Source: Gemmatimonadota bacterium (lineage in GTDB: Bacteria; JBHIER01; G020348925). Taken from it: a DNA stretch of 64,000 bases. The notes under the pieces are model-generated. The model was not told where the DNA came from and did not search any database. It worked only from the letters and a program-made list of their open reading frames with translations. Shown here piece after piece: positions 41,631-51,807 of this stretch (position 1 is its first letter; every line of letters starts with the position of its first letter). The stretch covers positions 1,958,030 through 2,022,029 of the forward strand of contig CP070758.1 in the NCBI GenBank assembly GCA_020348925.1, written 5' to 3'. The translations under genes were made by a program, and so were the position numbers.

Positions 41631-42643
41631 TTTAACAAGCTTTTCTCTTTATGGGGTTGAAACAATGTCACGTTGAAATATCGTTTCGTATCAAACCATT
41701 GTTTGATAATTTCCATACCCACCTCATCCGCCAACTGATCGATGGCCTGCAGAGAGAATTTATGAGAATTTTCCGTATGAATTCTCTCGTTTTTCTTGAA
41801 ATGATAGGACCGATCCAAATCGGCAATATACACATCCTGCTCGCAGGTGCTGATCAAATACATCTCAATGCGACTGTTCTCTTCGTTGTACACGGCCTTG
41901 TGCCTAAACGTATTCGGATCGAATTCCCCGCCCAATTCCCGGTTGATCCTGGACAGCAGATTCAAATTAAATGTCGCTGTGACATACTGATTATCGTTAT
42001 AGGCCTGTTCCAATGCGCGTCTCTCTTTGATAAGATCAAAACCGATGAGTAAGTAATCTTGGCTCGATAATGTTTTGACAGTGTTTTGGAGAAACCGAAT
42101 CGCCTCCTGCTGCTCAAAATTCCCAATACTGGAGCCCAGCCAGAGAATGAGCTTTGGTCGTTCATCCCGCATGTCGATTTGTCTGAGCCCCTCTTCATAC
42201 TCTGCGGCGATGGAAATAATTTCCAGATCTTCGTATTGCTCCAGCAGCGAAATCGAGCTCTCTTTCAACATTTTCTTAGAAATATCGATGGGACTGTAGG
42301 TGACTTTATCGTGTTGGTTCAGCAGTTCCTCGATGATCAATTGGGTTTTGATGCAACTGCCGCTGCCCAGTTCAACCAGGACAAGATCTGTCGGAAGACA
42401 TGAAACGATATCCTCGGAAAAGGTTTTCAGGATCTCCGTCTCGGCACGGGTCAAATAGTACTCCTCCAATCGACATATCTTCTCAAATAGCAGGGACCCT
42501 TGATAGTCATAAAAATAGATGCAGGGGATGTTCTTGGGCGTCTGTCTGAGTCCCCGGTCTACATCTTTGGCAAAAGAATCTGCGAATATTTCCAAATCGG
42601 TCGTAATCATTGTCGAACGATCCTGAATGGATGAGGACGGCAT
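41627..42643 (-). CDS. egtD: Histidine N-alpha-trimethyltransferase (EgtD/Methyltransf_33 family)
   Basis: YFYDYQGSLLFEKICRLEEYYLTRAE, ELGSG, GSSIGN, AYND, FNLNLL, IHTENSHKF. Confidence 0.92.
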   Translation of the reverse strand: MPSSSIQDRSTMITTDLEIFADSFAKDVDRGLRQTPKNIPCIYFYDYQGSLLFEKICRLEEYYLTRAETEILKTFSEDIVSCLPTDLVLVELGSGSCIKTQLIIEELLNQHDKVTYSPIDISKKMLKESSISLLEQYEDLEIISIAAEYEEGLRQIDMRDERPKLILWLGSSIGNFEQQEAIRFLQNTVKTLSSQDYLLIGFDLIKERRALEQAYNDNQYVTATFNLNLLSRINRELGGEFDPNTFRHKAVYNEENSRIEMYLISTCEQDVYIADLDRSYHFKKNERIHTENSHKFSLQAIDQLADEVGMEIIKQWFDTKRYFNVTLFQPHKEKSLLK

Positions 42644-42685
42644 GCACTCTTCTCCTTTCGCTTTGACTCGTACTCTGCAACTAAT

Positions 42686-44194
42686 TCACAGGCGCAAACC
42701 TCTGGGAACAACCGCTCGCTCCGCAAGATCGAAAAGACCCTGGATCAAAAGGGCCAGAAGGGCTGCCGGAACGGCACCCTCCAGAATCATTCCGATGTTA
42801 TCCAATCGGATGCCGGTCAGAAAGGGTTGCCCGTAGCCGCCGGCCCCGATGAGCGCCCCCAAGGTGGCCGTTCCGATATTGATGACGGCCGATGTTTTCA
42901 CGCCGGCCAAAATGGTGCTGGAGGCCAGGGGCAGCTCCACCAGCCGCAGCCGGGTGGCAGGAGGAAGTCCCAGGGCACAGGCCGATTCGATCATCGAGGT
43001 CGGAATATCGCGGATTCCCGTAAAGGTGTTGCGCACAATGGGCAGCAGACTATAGAGAAACAAAGCCACTACTGCCGGGGGGCCGCCGATACCCAGCAGG
43101 GGAATCATAAACACCAGCAGGGCCAGGGAAGGGATCGTCTGTATGATACCCACGACGCCCAAAATGATCTTTTCGCACGACGAGATTTTGACGGCCAGTA
43201 TACCCAGAGGAATGGCCATTAATATGGCCCCCGACAGCGAGAGAGCGACCAGAATCAAGTGATCGGTCGTATGCTTCCGGAGACGCTGCCAGAAATGATC
43301 ATAGGATACATCAACTTGAATACCGAACATCCCGTGTAAGAAATCGGCTGCGATCTGTTTCTCACGGATCCCTTTGAGTTTGGCCTGCGCGTTCATGGCA
43401 ATCATTTTCGATTCGGAGATTCGACCGGACAACAACTCCAATTGTTCGACAAGCCGGGGCCTGCGCTCTATCACATCCGCGCGGTAAAGCAGGACCGCTT
43501 CGTACCGGGGAAAGTACTTCAAATCATCCTCCAACGCCCGCAGCCCGTAATACTCGATCTCGGCGTCGGTGGAGTACATATCGATGACCTGGATCGCCCC
43601 GCTGTCGATTCCCCGATAGGCCAGATCGTGGTCCAGCCCGCGGACAGAGGTTTGCGGCAGGTTATAATGGGCCCGCAACCCCTGCCAGCCATCGGCCCGG
43701 TCCATAAATTCATTGGTGAAGCCAAATTTGAAGTCAGGATATTTTCGAAGATCGGATATGGTCGTAACGGTGTATTCCTCGGCAAGGCGCTTCTTCATGC
43801 CGACGGCATAGGTGTTGTTGAAACCCAGCGGCCAGCTCATCACGATGCCAAATTCTGAGAGTTTTTCGAGCATATCCGGATCGGTTTGCAGGTCGTATTT
43901 CTGCAATATTTCGCGCCGGATGGTACCGGTATATTCGGGATAGATGTCGATATCGCCTTTGAGCAGCGCGTTCCAGAGAACGCGGGTGCCGCCCAATTCC
44001 CGCCGATGCTCGGAAGGCAGGCCGGCACTCTGGACCAGCAGGCATACGATTTCACCCAGGATGACGTTCTCCGTGAACTTTTTCGATCCTATCCTTATCC
44101 GAACATCGTCCTCTTCGTCGGTGACGGCGAATTGAGGAGAGCTGCACCAGATAAGCCCGACAAGAATCCATATCAAAACGCATCTGGACATCAC
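42686..44194 (-). CDS. ABC transporter fused substrate-binding protein and permease (glycine betaine/QAC family)
   Basis: IGSKKFTE, IDIYPEYTGT, GFNNTYA, then permease QTIPSLAL, SACALG, ALIGAGGYG. Confidence 0.92.
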   Translation of the reverse strand: MMSRCVLIWILVGLIWCSSPQFAVTDEEDDVRIRIGSKKFTENVILGEIVCLLVQSAGLPSEHRRELGGTRVLWNALLKGDIDIYPEYTGTIRREILQKYDLQTDPDMLEKLSEFGIVMSWPLGFNNTYAVGMKKRLAEEYTVTTISDLRKYPDFKFGFTNEFMDRADGWQGLRAHYNLPQTSVRGLDHDLAYRGIDSGAIQVIDMYSTDAEIEYYGLRALEDDLKYFPRYEAVLLYRADVIERRPRLVEQLELLSGRISESKMIAMNAQAKLKGIREKQIAADFLHGMFGIQVDVSYDHFWQRLRKHTTDHLILVALSLSGAILMAIPLGILAVKISSCEKIILGVVGIIQTIPSLALLVFMIPLLGIGGPPAVVALFLYSLLPIVRNTFTGIRDIPTSMIESACALGLPPATRLRLVELPLASSTILAGVKTSAVINIGTATLGALIGAGGYGQPFLTGIRLDNIGMILEGAVPAALLALLIQGLFDLAERAVVPRGLRL

Positions 44195-44943
44195 ACCTGT
44201 TCTCCAGAGGTTTTTTCGAGATGACCCCGCTGCGCATTGATGAACCGCGTCACAAAAGGATCGGCAGGGGACCTCACGAGTTCTTCAATTGTGCCCTCCT
44301 GGATGAACAGACCGTCACGCATTAAGATCATGGTATCGCCCAGATATGCGGCCTCTCCGAGATCGTGGGTTACCATCAGCACCGTCTTGTGCAGTTTTTG
44401 AAAGATGGATTTCAGTTCCGCTTGTACATCGAAGCGTATGAGCGGATCCAACGCACCTAGGGGTTCGTCCATGAGCAACAGTTCGGGATCCAGCATCAGT
44501 GCCCGCATCAAACTCACCCGCTGTCTTTGTCCGCCTGAAAGATGGGCGGGATAGCGCGACAGTCCGTCCGCCGGGAATTGCGTCAATTCAATGAGCTCGG
44601 AAAGGCGTCTTTCTATTTCGGATCTCGACCAACCCAGATAGGACGCCATCAGGGTGATATTTTGACGCGTCGTGAAATGTGGGAACAACCCCCCTTCCTG
44701 GATCACATAGCCCATCCTGCGGCGCAGTCGCAGGACCGTCTCCGGCAGGATCCGTTCTCCTCGGAAGGCAATGGTGCCGGAATCGGGGGAGACAAGACCG
44801 ATAATCAGACGCAGAATCGTCGATTTGCCGCATCCGCTGGGGCCGATGAGTACTGTTGTTTGGCCCTCCTGAACCTCGAGGTCAACGGACCGCACGGCCT
44901 CGATGCGATCGAAGGATTTGGAAACATTGACTAAGGAGAGCAT
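44191..44943 (-). CDS. ABC transporter ATP-binding protein (OpuA/ProV-like)
   Basis: GPSGCGKST, LSGGQRQR, LLMDEP, VTHD. Confidence 0.95.
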   Translation of the reverse strand: MLSLVNVSKSFDRIEAVRSVDLEVQEGQTTVLIGPSGCGKSTILRLIIGLVSPDSGTIAFRGERILPETVLRLRRRMGYVIQEGGLFPHFTTRQNITLMASYLGWSRSEIERRLSELIELTQFPADGLSRYPAHLSGGQRQRVSLMRALMLDPELLLMDEPLGALDPLIRFDVQAELKSIFQKLHKTVLMVTHDLGEAAYLGDTMILMRDGLFIQEGTIEELVRSPADPFVTRFINAQRGHLEKTSGEQV

Positions 44944-45058
44944 AACATGTCAGAGGCAAAACGTCGTTTCGTTTTCAGCAACGTCCCTACTGGACGGCGT
45001 TCCGGCGCCACCGGGAGTCAGGTTCCCTGAGTGACGGTTTGAATACAACTCATGAAAA

Positions 45059-47068
45059 CTATTTCAGGAAAACAATCTTTTTCGTGTCGACAATGCCGTT
45101 CCCCTTCAGACAGCAGAAATAGAGGCCTGACGCTGTGTGTTTGCCCGCATCGTCCAGACCGTCCCAATGAACCGAATTAACACCTGGGTCGCACCGTCCA
45201 TTGACCAACACACGAATTCTTTCACCGAGGATGGTGTAGACAGACAACTCGACGTGCGTCGAAAGCGGAATGTGAAATTGAATCGTCGTGGACGGATTGA
45301 ACGGGTTCGGGTGATTCTGCAACAATCGGAAGCATTCCGGGACGTTATGCTGGTCCTCGTCAGATTGTACGGACGTAAACGGATTCAGTCCAGCGTCGTA
45401 GACAATCTCGCCGCCCACGATCGTCATCTCCGAGACCAGATCGATCAGTTCCGCGGGACTCATGGTGTACAGGTCGTGGGACCAGATGACGAGGTCGGCG
45501 TACTTCCCCGGTTCCAGCGAGCCGGTGGTGGACTCGGCGAATCCGGCGTAGGCCGATCCCATGGTGTGGACGCGGAGGGCTTCCCCCATGGTGAGTTTTT
45601 CACTGGGATTGTATTCGAACCCGGATTGTGGGCTCCGCCGCAGCGTGGCGCCGTGGAAAGCATATTTGGGCTCCTGGTAGGGCGAGGCCGGTACGTCACA
45701 GCCGAAGGCCAGGGGAATCCCCATATCCAGCATGGTCTTGAGCGGCAGATAGCGTTCCATGGTGAGACTGTCCGTGGCTTCACTGATGCCATCGCTGTAC
45801 CACGCAATCCACTGGGGCTGGGTGGAGAGAATGATGTTGTTCTCCTTCATCCGCTGCACAGCGGCTGTGGTCGGAAAGAAACCATGTTCGATCCGGTGCC
45901 GGGGATCGGGTCGGGGACTGGCCCCCATGGCCTCTTCAAAGGCCGTCAGGACCATGTCGATGCCTTGATCCCCTCCCACATGAATCGCCACCTGAAGGCC
46001 GGTATCGTGGAGTATTCGCACGATGCGGTTTATCTCCTCCTGGGAATGGTAGGGATAGGAAATCTCTGAGGCATACAGGCTCTTGTCGTACATTAAAATC
46101 GTCCGCGCGGCAATCCCGCCGTCCATGGCCAGTTTCCAGCCGGCGAACCTGAAAAGACCCGAGTCGTCCGGCCGAAATATCCGGGCAAGAGAATCGGCCT
46201 CTTCTTCGTCATCGATATAGAGCAATGTGTAGAGCCGGACCTTGAGCCGGCCGCTTTCGGCGAATTCTCTGTAGAGCAGGATGTCCCTGGCGCTGCCGAC
46301 AATGACATCCTGAATCGAGGTGTACCCGGCCTCTAAGCAGAGCTGCTGACCCCGTTCGATATCCTCGAATTTTTCCTCGTCGCTGCGACCGCCGTATCCG
46401 GTGGCATGCTTCCCCACCAGGTTTTCGGCCGGATAATGGGATAAGATGCCTGTCGGTTGGCCATGATCGTCGTGCATGATGAGGCTGCCTGGGGGATTCG
46501 GTGTGCTGCTGTCGATTTCTGCGATTTCCAGGGCAGGGGTGTTCACCACGGCGAACTGACCGCTGGAATGACGAAGATACGCCGGATTGAGCGGCGCGAC
46601 CGAGTCGATGTCCCAGCGATCCACGGTCTCACCGGACTGCAGGGCGAAACCCTGATTACCCGAGATCCAATCTCCCGGACTCAACTGCTGAGCATAGTCT
46701 CCCACAACCTGCAGGAGATCGGCCTTGGAGGTGACGACGGGATGCCGTATGTTGAGATAACCAGGCCAGAACTGCTGACCGTAATACATCATGTGATAGT
46801 GGGAATCGATCAGACCCGGCGTCACGGTTTTCCCATTGAGATCGATCATTTTGGACTGCGGTCCTGCCAAGGTGAATATATCAGGGTCACTCCCCACGGC
46901 GAGTATGGTGTCCCCCTTGACAGCCACCGCCTGGAAGATATTGTTCTCATCATCGACCGTGATCACCTTTCCGTTGAAAAGGATCAGGTCCGCCTCCTCG
47001 AGGGCAAATACGAATGTTGAACCGACAAAAAGTATCCATCCGATAACCAGCGCTATTCCAGTCTTCAT
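45059..47068 (-). CDS. Secreted amidohydrolase (Amidohydro_3/YtcJ-like) with C-terminal sorting domain
   Basis: PGLIDSHYH, KLAMDG, HVGGD, RIEH, GCD, GKYADL; signal peptide; QNHPNPFNP C-terminal domain. Confidence 0.88.
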   Translation of the reverse strand: MKTGIALVIGWILFVGSTFVFALEEADLILFNGKVITVDDENNIFQAVAVKGDTILAVGSDPDIFTLAGPQSKMIDLNGKTVTPGLIDSHYHMMYYGQQFWPGYLNIRHPVVTSKADLLQVVGDYAQQLSPGDWISGNQGFALQSGETVDRWDIDSVAPLNPAYLRHSSGQFAVVNTPALEIAEIDSSTPNPPGSLIMHDDHGQPTGILSHYPAENLVGKHATGYGGRSDEEKFEDIERGQQLCLEAGYTSIQDVIVGSARDILLYREFAESGRLKVRLYTLLYIDDEEEADSLARIFRPDDSGLFRFAGWKLAMDGGIAARTILMYDKSLYASEISYPYHSQEEINRIVRILHDTGLQVAIHVGGDQGIDMVLTAFEEAMGASPRPDPRHRIEHGFFPTTAAVQRMKENNIILSTQPQWIAWYSDGISEATDSLTMERYLPLKTMLDMGIPLAFGCDVPASPYQEPKYAFHGATLRRSPQSGFEYNPSEKLTMGEALRVHTMGSAYAGFAESTTGSLEPGKYADLVIWSHDLYTMSPAELIDLVSEMTIVGGEIVYDAGLNPFTSVQSDEDQHNVPECFRLLQNHPNPFNPSTTIQFHIPLSTHVELSVYTILGERIRVLVNGRCDPGVNSVHWDGLDDAGKHTASGLYFCCLKGNGIVDTKKIVFLK

Positions 47069-47163
47069 GATTAGCCCCCTTCCAGACTTCAATTTCGAGA
47101 AACGTGATTTAAACTTCCTGTACTTTGGATGTTAGACACGAACAAAAAGTGTCCCGCGCTTTG

Positions 47164-47640
47164 CTATTCTTCAAATGTTACATTAAACGCACAAACATCA
47201 TCGCCATGACCTATTGATTGAACAAGGTCCACGTTGACGCGCCCCCGACAGACCGCAGAAAAAAGGCTCTCCATCAGGCCTAAAGAACACAGACAATGGA
47301 CCGGATTCGGCTTGGCAAGACCAGCTCTCACAAGGGTACAGTTACATTCTCCGATGACCAGACGGGCCTCGTTGTCTTGTTTTTCCCAACAGCTGGCGAG
47401 ATTATGACTCTGTGACCGCCGCCGATTCATAGCACCGAGAAGCTCGCCCACGGATTCCGGATTTTTACCAAGTATTTGTCTGCACTCATCAAGGATCTGA
47501 ACCGAACATTTTTCCCCGGCAGCTTTCATCACTTCTTGTGTCACAGTCTGATTGCTCCGTTCGGCAAGACAGGTCTCCAAAGCGTCAATCCAGTTCAAGG
47601 TGAGCTCAACAGTCTTTTGTGGGATATCCGTTCTCTCCAT
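47164..47640 (-). CDS. Cys-rich hypothetical protein (V4R/DUF6144-like)
   Basis: CxC...HCxCS...SI..G...C; RBS aggagg. Confidence 0.65.
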   Translation of the reverse strand: MERTDIPQKTVELTLNWIDALETCLAERSNQTVTQEVMKAAGEKCSVQILDECRQILGKNPESVGELLGAMNRRRSQSHNLASCWEKQDNEARLVIGECNCTLVRAGLAKPNPVHCLCSLGLMESLFSAVCRGRVNVDLVQSIGHGDDVCAFNVTFEE

Positions 47641-48042
47641 TATTGCTCCTCCTTAACAGGAAACGCCTAATCTCCGTGCGTGCTCTGTTGCATTCAACAA
47701 TCGGCATTCGGCATCTGACTTTCGTTTCAAAGAAGCACAAGAATAAAACTCACCTCACGAAATCTTCCGTCGCTTGCAAATGAGATGTCAGTTGATTGCT
47801 CCTGTATATCCCATTCTACTGAAGCATATAAAATTGTGGACGAAAGTCAAGAATAAAATGGGTGCACGCGAAAAAGTGCTAATGTGTGAAGCGAACATGC
47901 ATCGATGCGAAGAGGCGTAAAAGGGTAAAACATCACGTGTCTTCTTTTGACTCAAAAAAACATTTCATTCTGTGAACTCCGTCAGAGAATCGCGTCTTCT
48001 ATAAATGAAGGAAAAAAATAACCGCTTATTTTTTGATCTTTT

Positions 48043-49794
48043 TTATTGTTTCGATTCCATGTTCATCATTTTCTCAAGTTGGGCAATCATTTTCACAGCA
48101 TTCTCATTGTCGGGATTCAGTTCGAGTGACTTCTTGTAGTATTGTATGGCTGCTGGATTGTCTCCGGTTCTCATAAAATATTCCGCGTAGCTATCCCAAC
48201 CGTTAAAAGAATTTGGGAATACTTTTACATTGAGCTCAAAGGCGAAACGGGCTTCTTCCATCTTGTTTTGATTCATGTAATCATAACCCATATTGTTCAC
48301 TGCTGATTCAAAGTTGTATTTGGCGCTGATCGGGAATGTGAACGGTGTGATGTTCAATTCGTTTTTGTGTACACCCCAATCATAGTTTATTTCATTGAAG
48401 AAATTTAGTGCTGGTTTCGGTCCATTTGCATGCAGCACCGTTTCTACTGCTTTTACTCCGTCTGTAAATATTGCTTCAAGCGCTGGGTCTGCCCCTGAGA
48501 AAAAATCCGAAGATGAAAACGGTGCCGGGTAATGAGGAGGAATTATAGAGTTTTTTCCAGCGGGCCACACAATGTTGAAATATTCCGACGAGACGAAGAG
48601 CGTTGCACCACTGTTTGGCAATGTTCCGCGGTTTACCATATCACTGAACATATTTTGCGCCGCTCCTGTCGGTTCACCCACAAGCAACGTTTGAGTGTGA
48701 AGCATCATCTCGGCGACGAGCAAAACAGCGGCACTGAATGATCTTCGCCCGATGAGAGTGTAGAGATGTCCAAGTCTATTAATATTCTCTCGCTTGATAA
48801 TCTCATTGATGAAGGGCAGAACCATCGGTCCGTTGCCGCCGTCGTTAAAGCGTAAGTCGAGAATAAATTTGTCAATATTGTCAGCATTATAATCAAAGTA
48901 TTCAAACATTCTTTGATAGAACTTCTCAAAGCTTTCATTCTGCTGATGCCTGATCAGATTGAATTGCACATACATTGCCTTGTGCTCATTATCGTGTTCG
49001 AACCAGTAATTATGATTCCCATCCAGGTGTTTCAAAAAGAGAGGGGATTCTTTTTCTCTACCTGTAAATGCCGACGCAAAGGGTATTCCTTCAGGCCCGA
49101 TGTCCATGCCGCGAAGGATGTTGTTCGCGCCAGTTGGCGTAACGGCAAATAAAACAATTTCGTCTTCCATTCCGTCTACGGTTTCAATTAAGAGTGGTAA
49201 CTTTTTTGCCGTTTCGGTGATACCGAGACCGTAAGTGAGCTTGCAAGTGATAACAATCAGCGGTACTTGTTCTTTTTTATAAAAATCATTATCAGCATAT
49301 GCAAGCGTACCGGCCCTTTTGAAAGCCTCTTCTGCGGAGAGCTGTCCTATTTTTATTACTCTTGAACCGATATATTTGGCATGTTCTTCAGCGATACCTG
49401 TAATAAAAATACCATCAGTAAATTCATACAATCGCACAGGAAATATGTCGCTATATCCCTGCAAATTATTTGCATTCAGCGACGTGTGCCCATCGCGAAG
49501 AGAGGCGACAACCTGACGTATGGCGGTGAGGCATTCTTCTTCAAAGTGACTGTTTCTAATCTTTTGTTCGGCTTGTGCTACTGTACGTTCAAAATCATCT
49601 TTACTTATCCGGTAAAAAATATCCGGATGCTTATCTCTAAGTGTTTTTGTTACCCAATTCAGATCCTCGAGCCACTGCTGTCGGGTGAATTGTGTGCTGT
49701 TCTGGGTATGTACCATACTGAAGGTGCATAACAAAAGTACAAGGGAAAGGAGGTGATTTTTTCGCAAGACATATTTTTTCGATAATGATTTCAT
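48043..49794 (-). CDS. Secreted S41-type peptidase-like protein with C-terminal TPR
   Basis: LRDGHT, DLRFNDGGN, SFSAA, VGEPTG; TPR WDSYAE...YKKSLELNPDN. Confidence 0.8.
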   Translation of the reverse strand: MKSLSKKYVLRKNHLLSLVLLLCTFSMVHTQNSTQFTRQQWLEDLNWVTKTLRDKHPDIFYRISKDDFERTVAQAEQKIRNSHFEEECLTAIRQVVASLRDGHTSLNANNLQGYSDIFPVRLYEFTDGIFITGIAEEHAKYIGSRVIKIGQLSAEEAFKRAGTLAYADNDFYKKEQVPLIVITCKLTYGLGITETAKKLPLLIETVDGMEDEIVLFAVTPTGANNILRGMDIGPEGIPFASAFTGREKESPLFLKHLDGNHNYWFEHDNEHKAMYVQFNLIRHQQNESFEKFYQRMFEYFDYNADNIDKFILDLRFNDGGNGPMVLPFINEIIKRENINRLGHLYTLIGRRSFSAAVLLVAEMMLHTQTLLVGEPTGAAQNMFSDMVNRGTLPNSGATLFVSSEYFNIVWPAGKNSIIPPHYPAPFSSSDFFSGADPALEAIFTDGVKAVETVLHANGPKPALNFFNEINYDWGVHKNELNITPFTFPISAKYNFESAVNNMGYDYMNQNKMEEARFAFELNVKVFPNSFNGWDSYAEYFMRTGDNPAAIQYYKKSLELNPDNENAVKMIAQLEKMMNMESKQ

Positions 49795-49861
49795 TCTTTT
49801 CTCCTCACTGTAACTGTTTTTGAAAATATCATTTTGGTATCACTGTTCCACAAGGGATAAT

Positions 49862-50335
49862 TGTTACAACCGATCCGCTAAGATTCGGTACGAGTGAGTG
49901 TTTTAATGACTATCGATGTAATGTATAACCTCTTGCTGAAGGAAATTCATGAACTTATCCGCTCCCCCACTTGTTGGAAATCTCTTCCTTTCTTGTTCTC
50001 CGGGCTCAGGAGTGAAATCTCTATTGCCATCGCTATTGGTAATTCCAACAACCAATAATTGAGGAATATAATCTATTTTGGTCAGAAAATGTACGATTCC
50101 TGTTGCATAGTGAAATGCATATTCTGCCTCTAACAGATATAAAACTGGATACGTTTATTCATCCGATTGTAACCTGGGGGAGTAGAACCCATAATATTTC
50201 ATGTTTCATGCAATATTTTCGATTCGAGAGCTATCGAATTTCCTATTATTACAGGATGGGAAGGTTGTTGGTCAATCACAGAGCATACATTTCCTAAGAT
50301 GGCAAAAATAAGAAGAAGAACTTTTTTGATTTCAA
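49862..50335 (-). pseudogene. Degraded alpha/beta-hydrolase (IroE/BesA-like esterase)
   Basis: Minus strand reads SKILHET*..., frameshift, YPVLYLLEAE...LLVVGITNSDGNRDFTP...FPTSGGADKFMNFL...IDSH*...YRILA; truncated before the GHSxGG elbow. Confidence 0.8.
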
Positions 50336-50497
50336 CTCTCAATTTTAAACTGCTTTCTTTGAGAAACCGGCAATCGGTTCCTCAAGAACGCTCACAAAAC
50401 AGCCGACAGTGTACACGCATTACGGAAATATGGGGTTTCGGCAAGGGATAATGAACTGCCCCGGTTCCGTTGCGCTCGTACTGCAACACATAAGCAC

Positions 50498-51226
50498 TCA
50501 ATCCTTAATACACCGAACCGAAAACCCACTCGCCTTATGCCCTGGATTACTTCTGATGCCGTCCTTATCTGGAAAGAGACCCCAGTGCCAGGCAAATAAA
50601 GAATCGTATGAGGTCGAGGACCACCAGGTCGCATAGTACCCGACATCACCGGCACTTCCGAACTGACCGCGCCCACCGGCTGGAAGTCCTGAAAAACCAC
50701 TTTCATGCGTTGCGCGAGTGTTTTTATTTTTCCATAGATTTGAACTGTTATCTTTTATTTTACGACCGGCTACATCTGTTCCACCCAGAAATTGTATGAG
50801 TATCATACATTCGGATTCTGAAGGCACGTGCCATCCTTCCGGGCAGAGGCTGCAACCGTTCTGTACTGCATAAAAATTGTACAACAGCCCATAGGTCTCT
50901 TTGTAATCGGTTGAACCCTTGTCTACCATACAATACGCTCCGTCCGTCGCCAGAGGCCATCTGTCGTTATCGGGCACATTGGGAATGGGTGTGCCGTCAC
51001 GATAATGGGTGACTTTCAGGTTCTCACCCATCCAAACTTGCGATCCTATTCTCACAGTATGGTAAACATTACCGTCAAAATCAGTCACAGTGCTGTCCGA
51101 TACTTGAGCACGGTGATAATCGTTCATACCACCCTCATTCTTTCTTAATCCGGTTATGAACAGTATCAAAATTCCGATCCCTATAGTGAATAGTACTCCT
51201 CTGGAAAGCCATTTTAATCTCTTCAT
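50498..51226 (-). CDS. Fibrobacter succinogenes major paralogous domain (FISUMP) protein
   Basis: TDFDGNVYHTVRIGSQVWMGENL, YGLLYN, LCPEGWHVPS, GFSVRCIKD. Confidence 0.9.
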   Translation of the reverse strand: MKRLKWLSRGVLFTIGIGILILFITGLRKNEGGMNDYHRAQVSDSTVTDFDGNVYHTVRIGSQVWMGENLKVTHYRDGTPIPNVPDNDRWPLATDGAYCMVDKGSTDYKETYGLLYNFYAVQNGCSLCPEGWHVPSESECMILIQFLGGTDVAGRKIKDNSSNLWKNKNTRATHESGFSGLPAGGRGQFGSAGDVGYYATWWSSTSYDSLFAWHWGLFPDKDGIRSNPGHKASGFSVRCIKD

Positions 51227-51312
51227 TATTCTTTCCCTTTATTGCTTGCTGCCTAGTTTAAGGAATTATTCTATTCAAGATGTCAGTTCCAAAATTTCTG
51301 TCGGGCAATGCT

Positions 51313-51684
51313 CTATGAGTCAAGCCGATCAAAGCTTTCCTTTGTGATCTCCGCTTTCACCTTTCCGGTGTGCGAAATACCTTGGGGTTCAAACAACATA
51401 AGCTTGACATGGCCCTTGGGGACAACACGATGCTCTGTGCCCCGAGGGACAATGTAAAATTCACCGGCATGCAAAGAGAGGGTATTGTCCCTCTCCATTA
51501 CTTCAAGCATCCCATCAATCAAGAGAAACATTTCATCTTCATTATCATGTGTGTGCCATGGAACTTTATCCCCTTCACACCGAACAAGCAGGACATGTTG
51601 CCCGTTCAGCTCCCCAACTATTTTCGGAGAAAAAGTATCCTGAAACTTCTCGAAGCATCTTTCGATATTCACTACTTTTGTCAT
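51313..51684 (-). CDS. Cupin domain protein
   Basis: WHTHDNEDEMF...VPRGTEH; RBS ggagg. Confidence 0.9.
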   Translation of the reverse strand: MTKVVNIERCFEKFQDTFSPKIVGELNGQHVLLVRCEGDKVPWHTHDNEDEMFLLIDGMLEVMERDNTLSLHAGEFYIVPRGTEHRVVPKGHVKLMLFEPQGISHTGKVKAEITKESFDRLDS

Positions 51685-51699
51685 TTCTTTCCTCCATAT

Positions 51700-51807
51700 G
51701 CATAACGCTCCGGCGCTCAACTACGTGCCAAGGACTGCTTCAAACAGCCGCATAGGCGGCAGCCCGGTCGCACGGGCGCGAGACACCACCGTCAACAGGT
51801 GTTCGGG
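51700..51807 (-). mobile_element. Degenerate integron attC-like site
   Basis: Minus strand: CCCGAAC acc...tgacgg ... cgtagttgagcgccggagc GTTATGC, immediately followed by the RBS and ATG of the cupin gene. Confidence 0.45.

Noticed and set aside
47125-47675. Cys-rich gene as an integron cassette (TTAGGC before, GTCTAAC after on the minus strand)
   Set aside because: No attC palindrome follows and the core site is imperfect; could be chance
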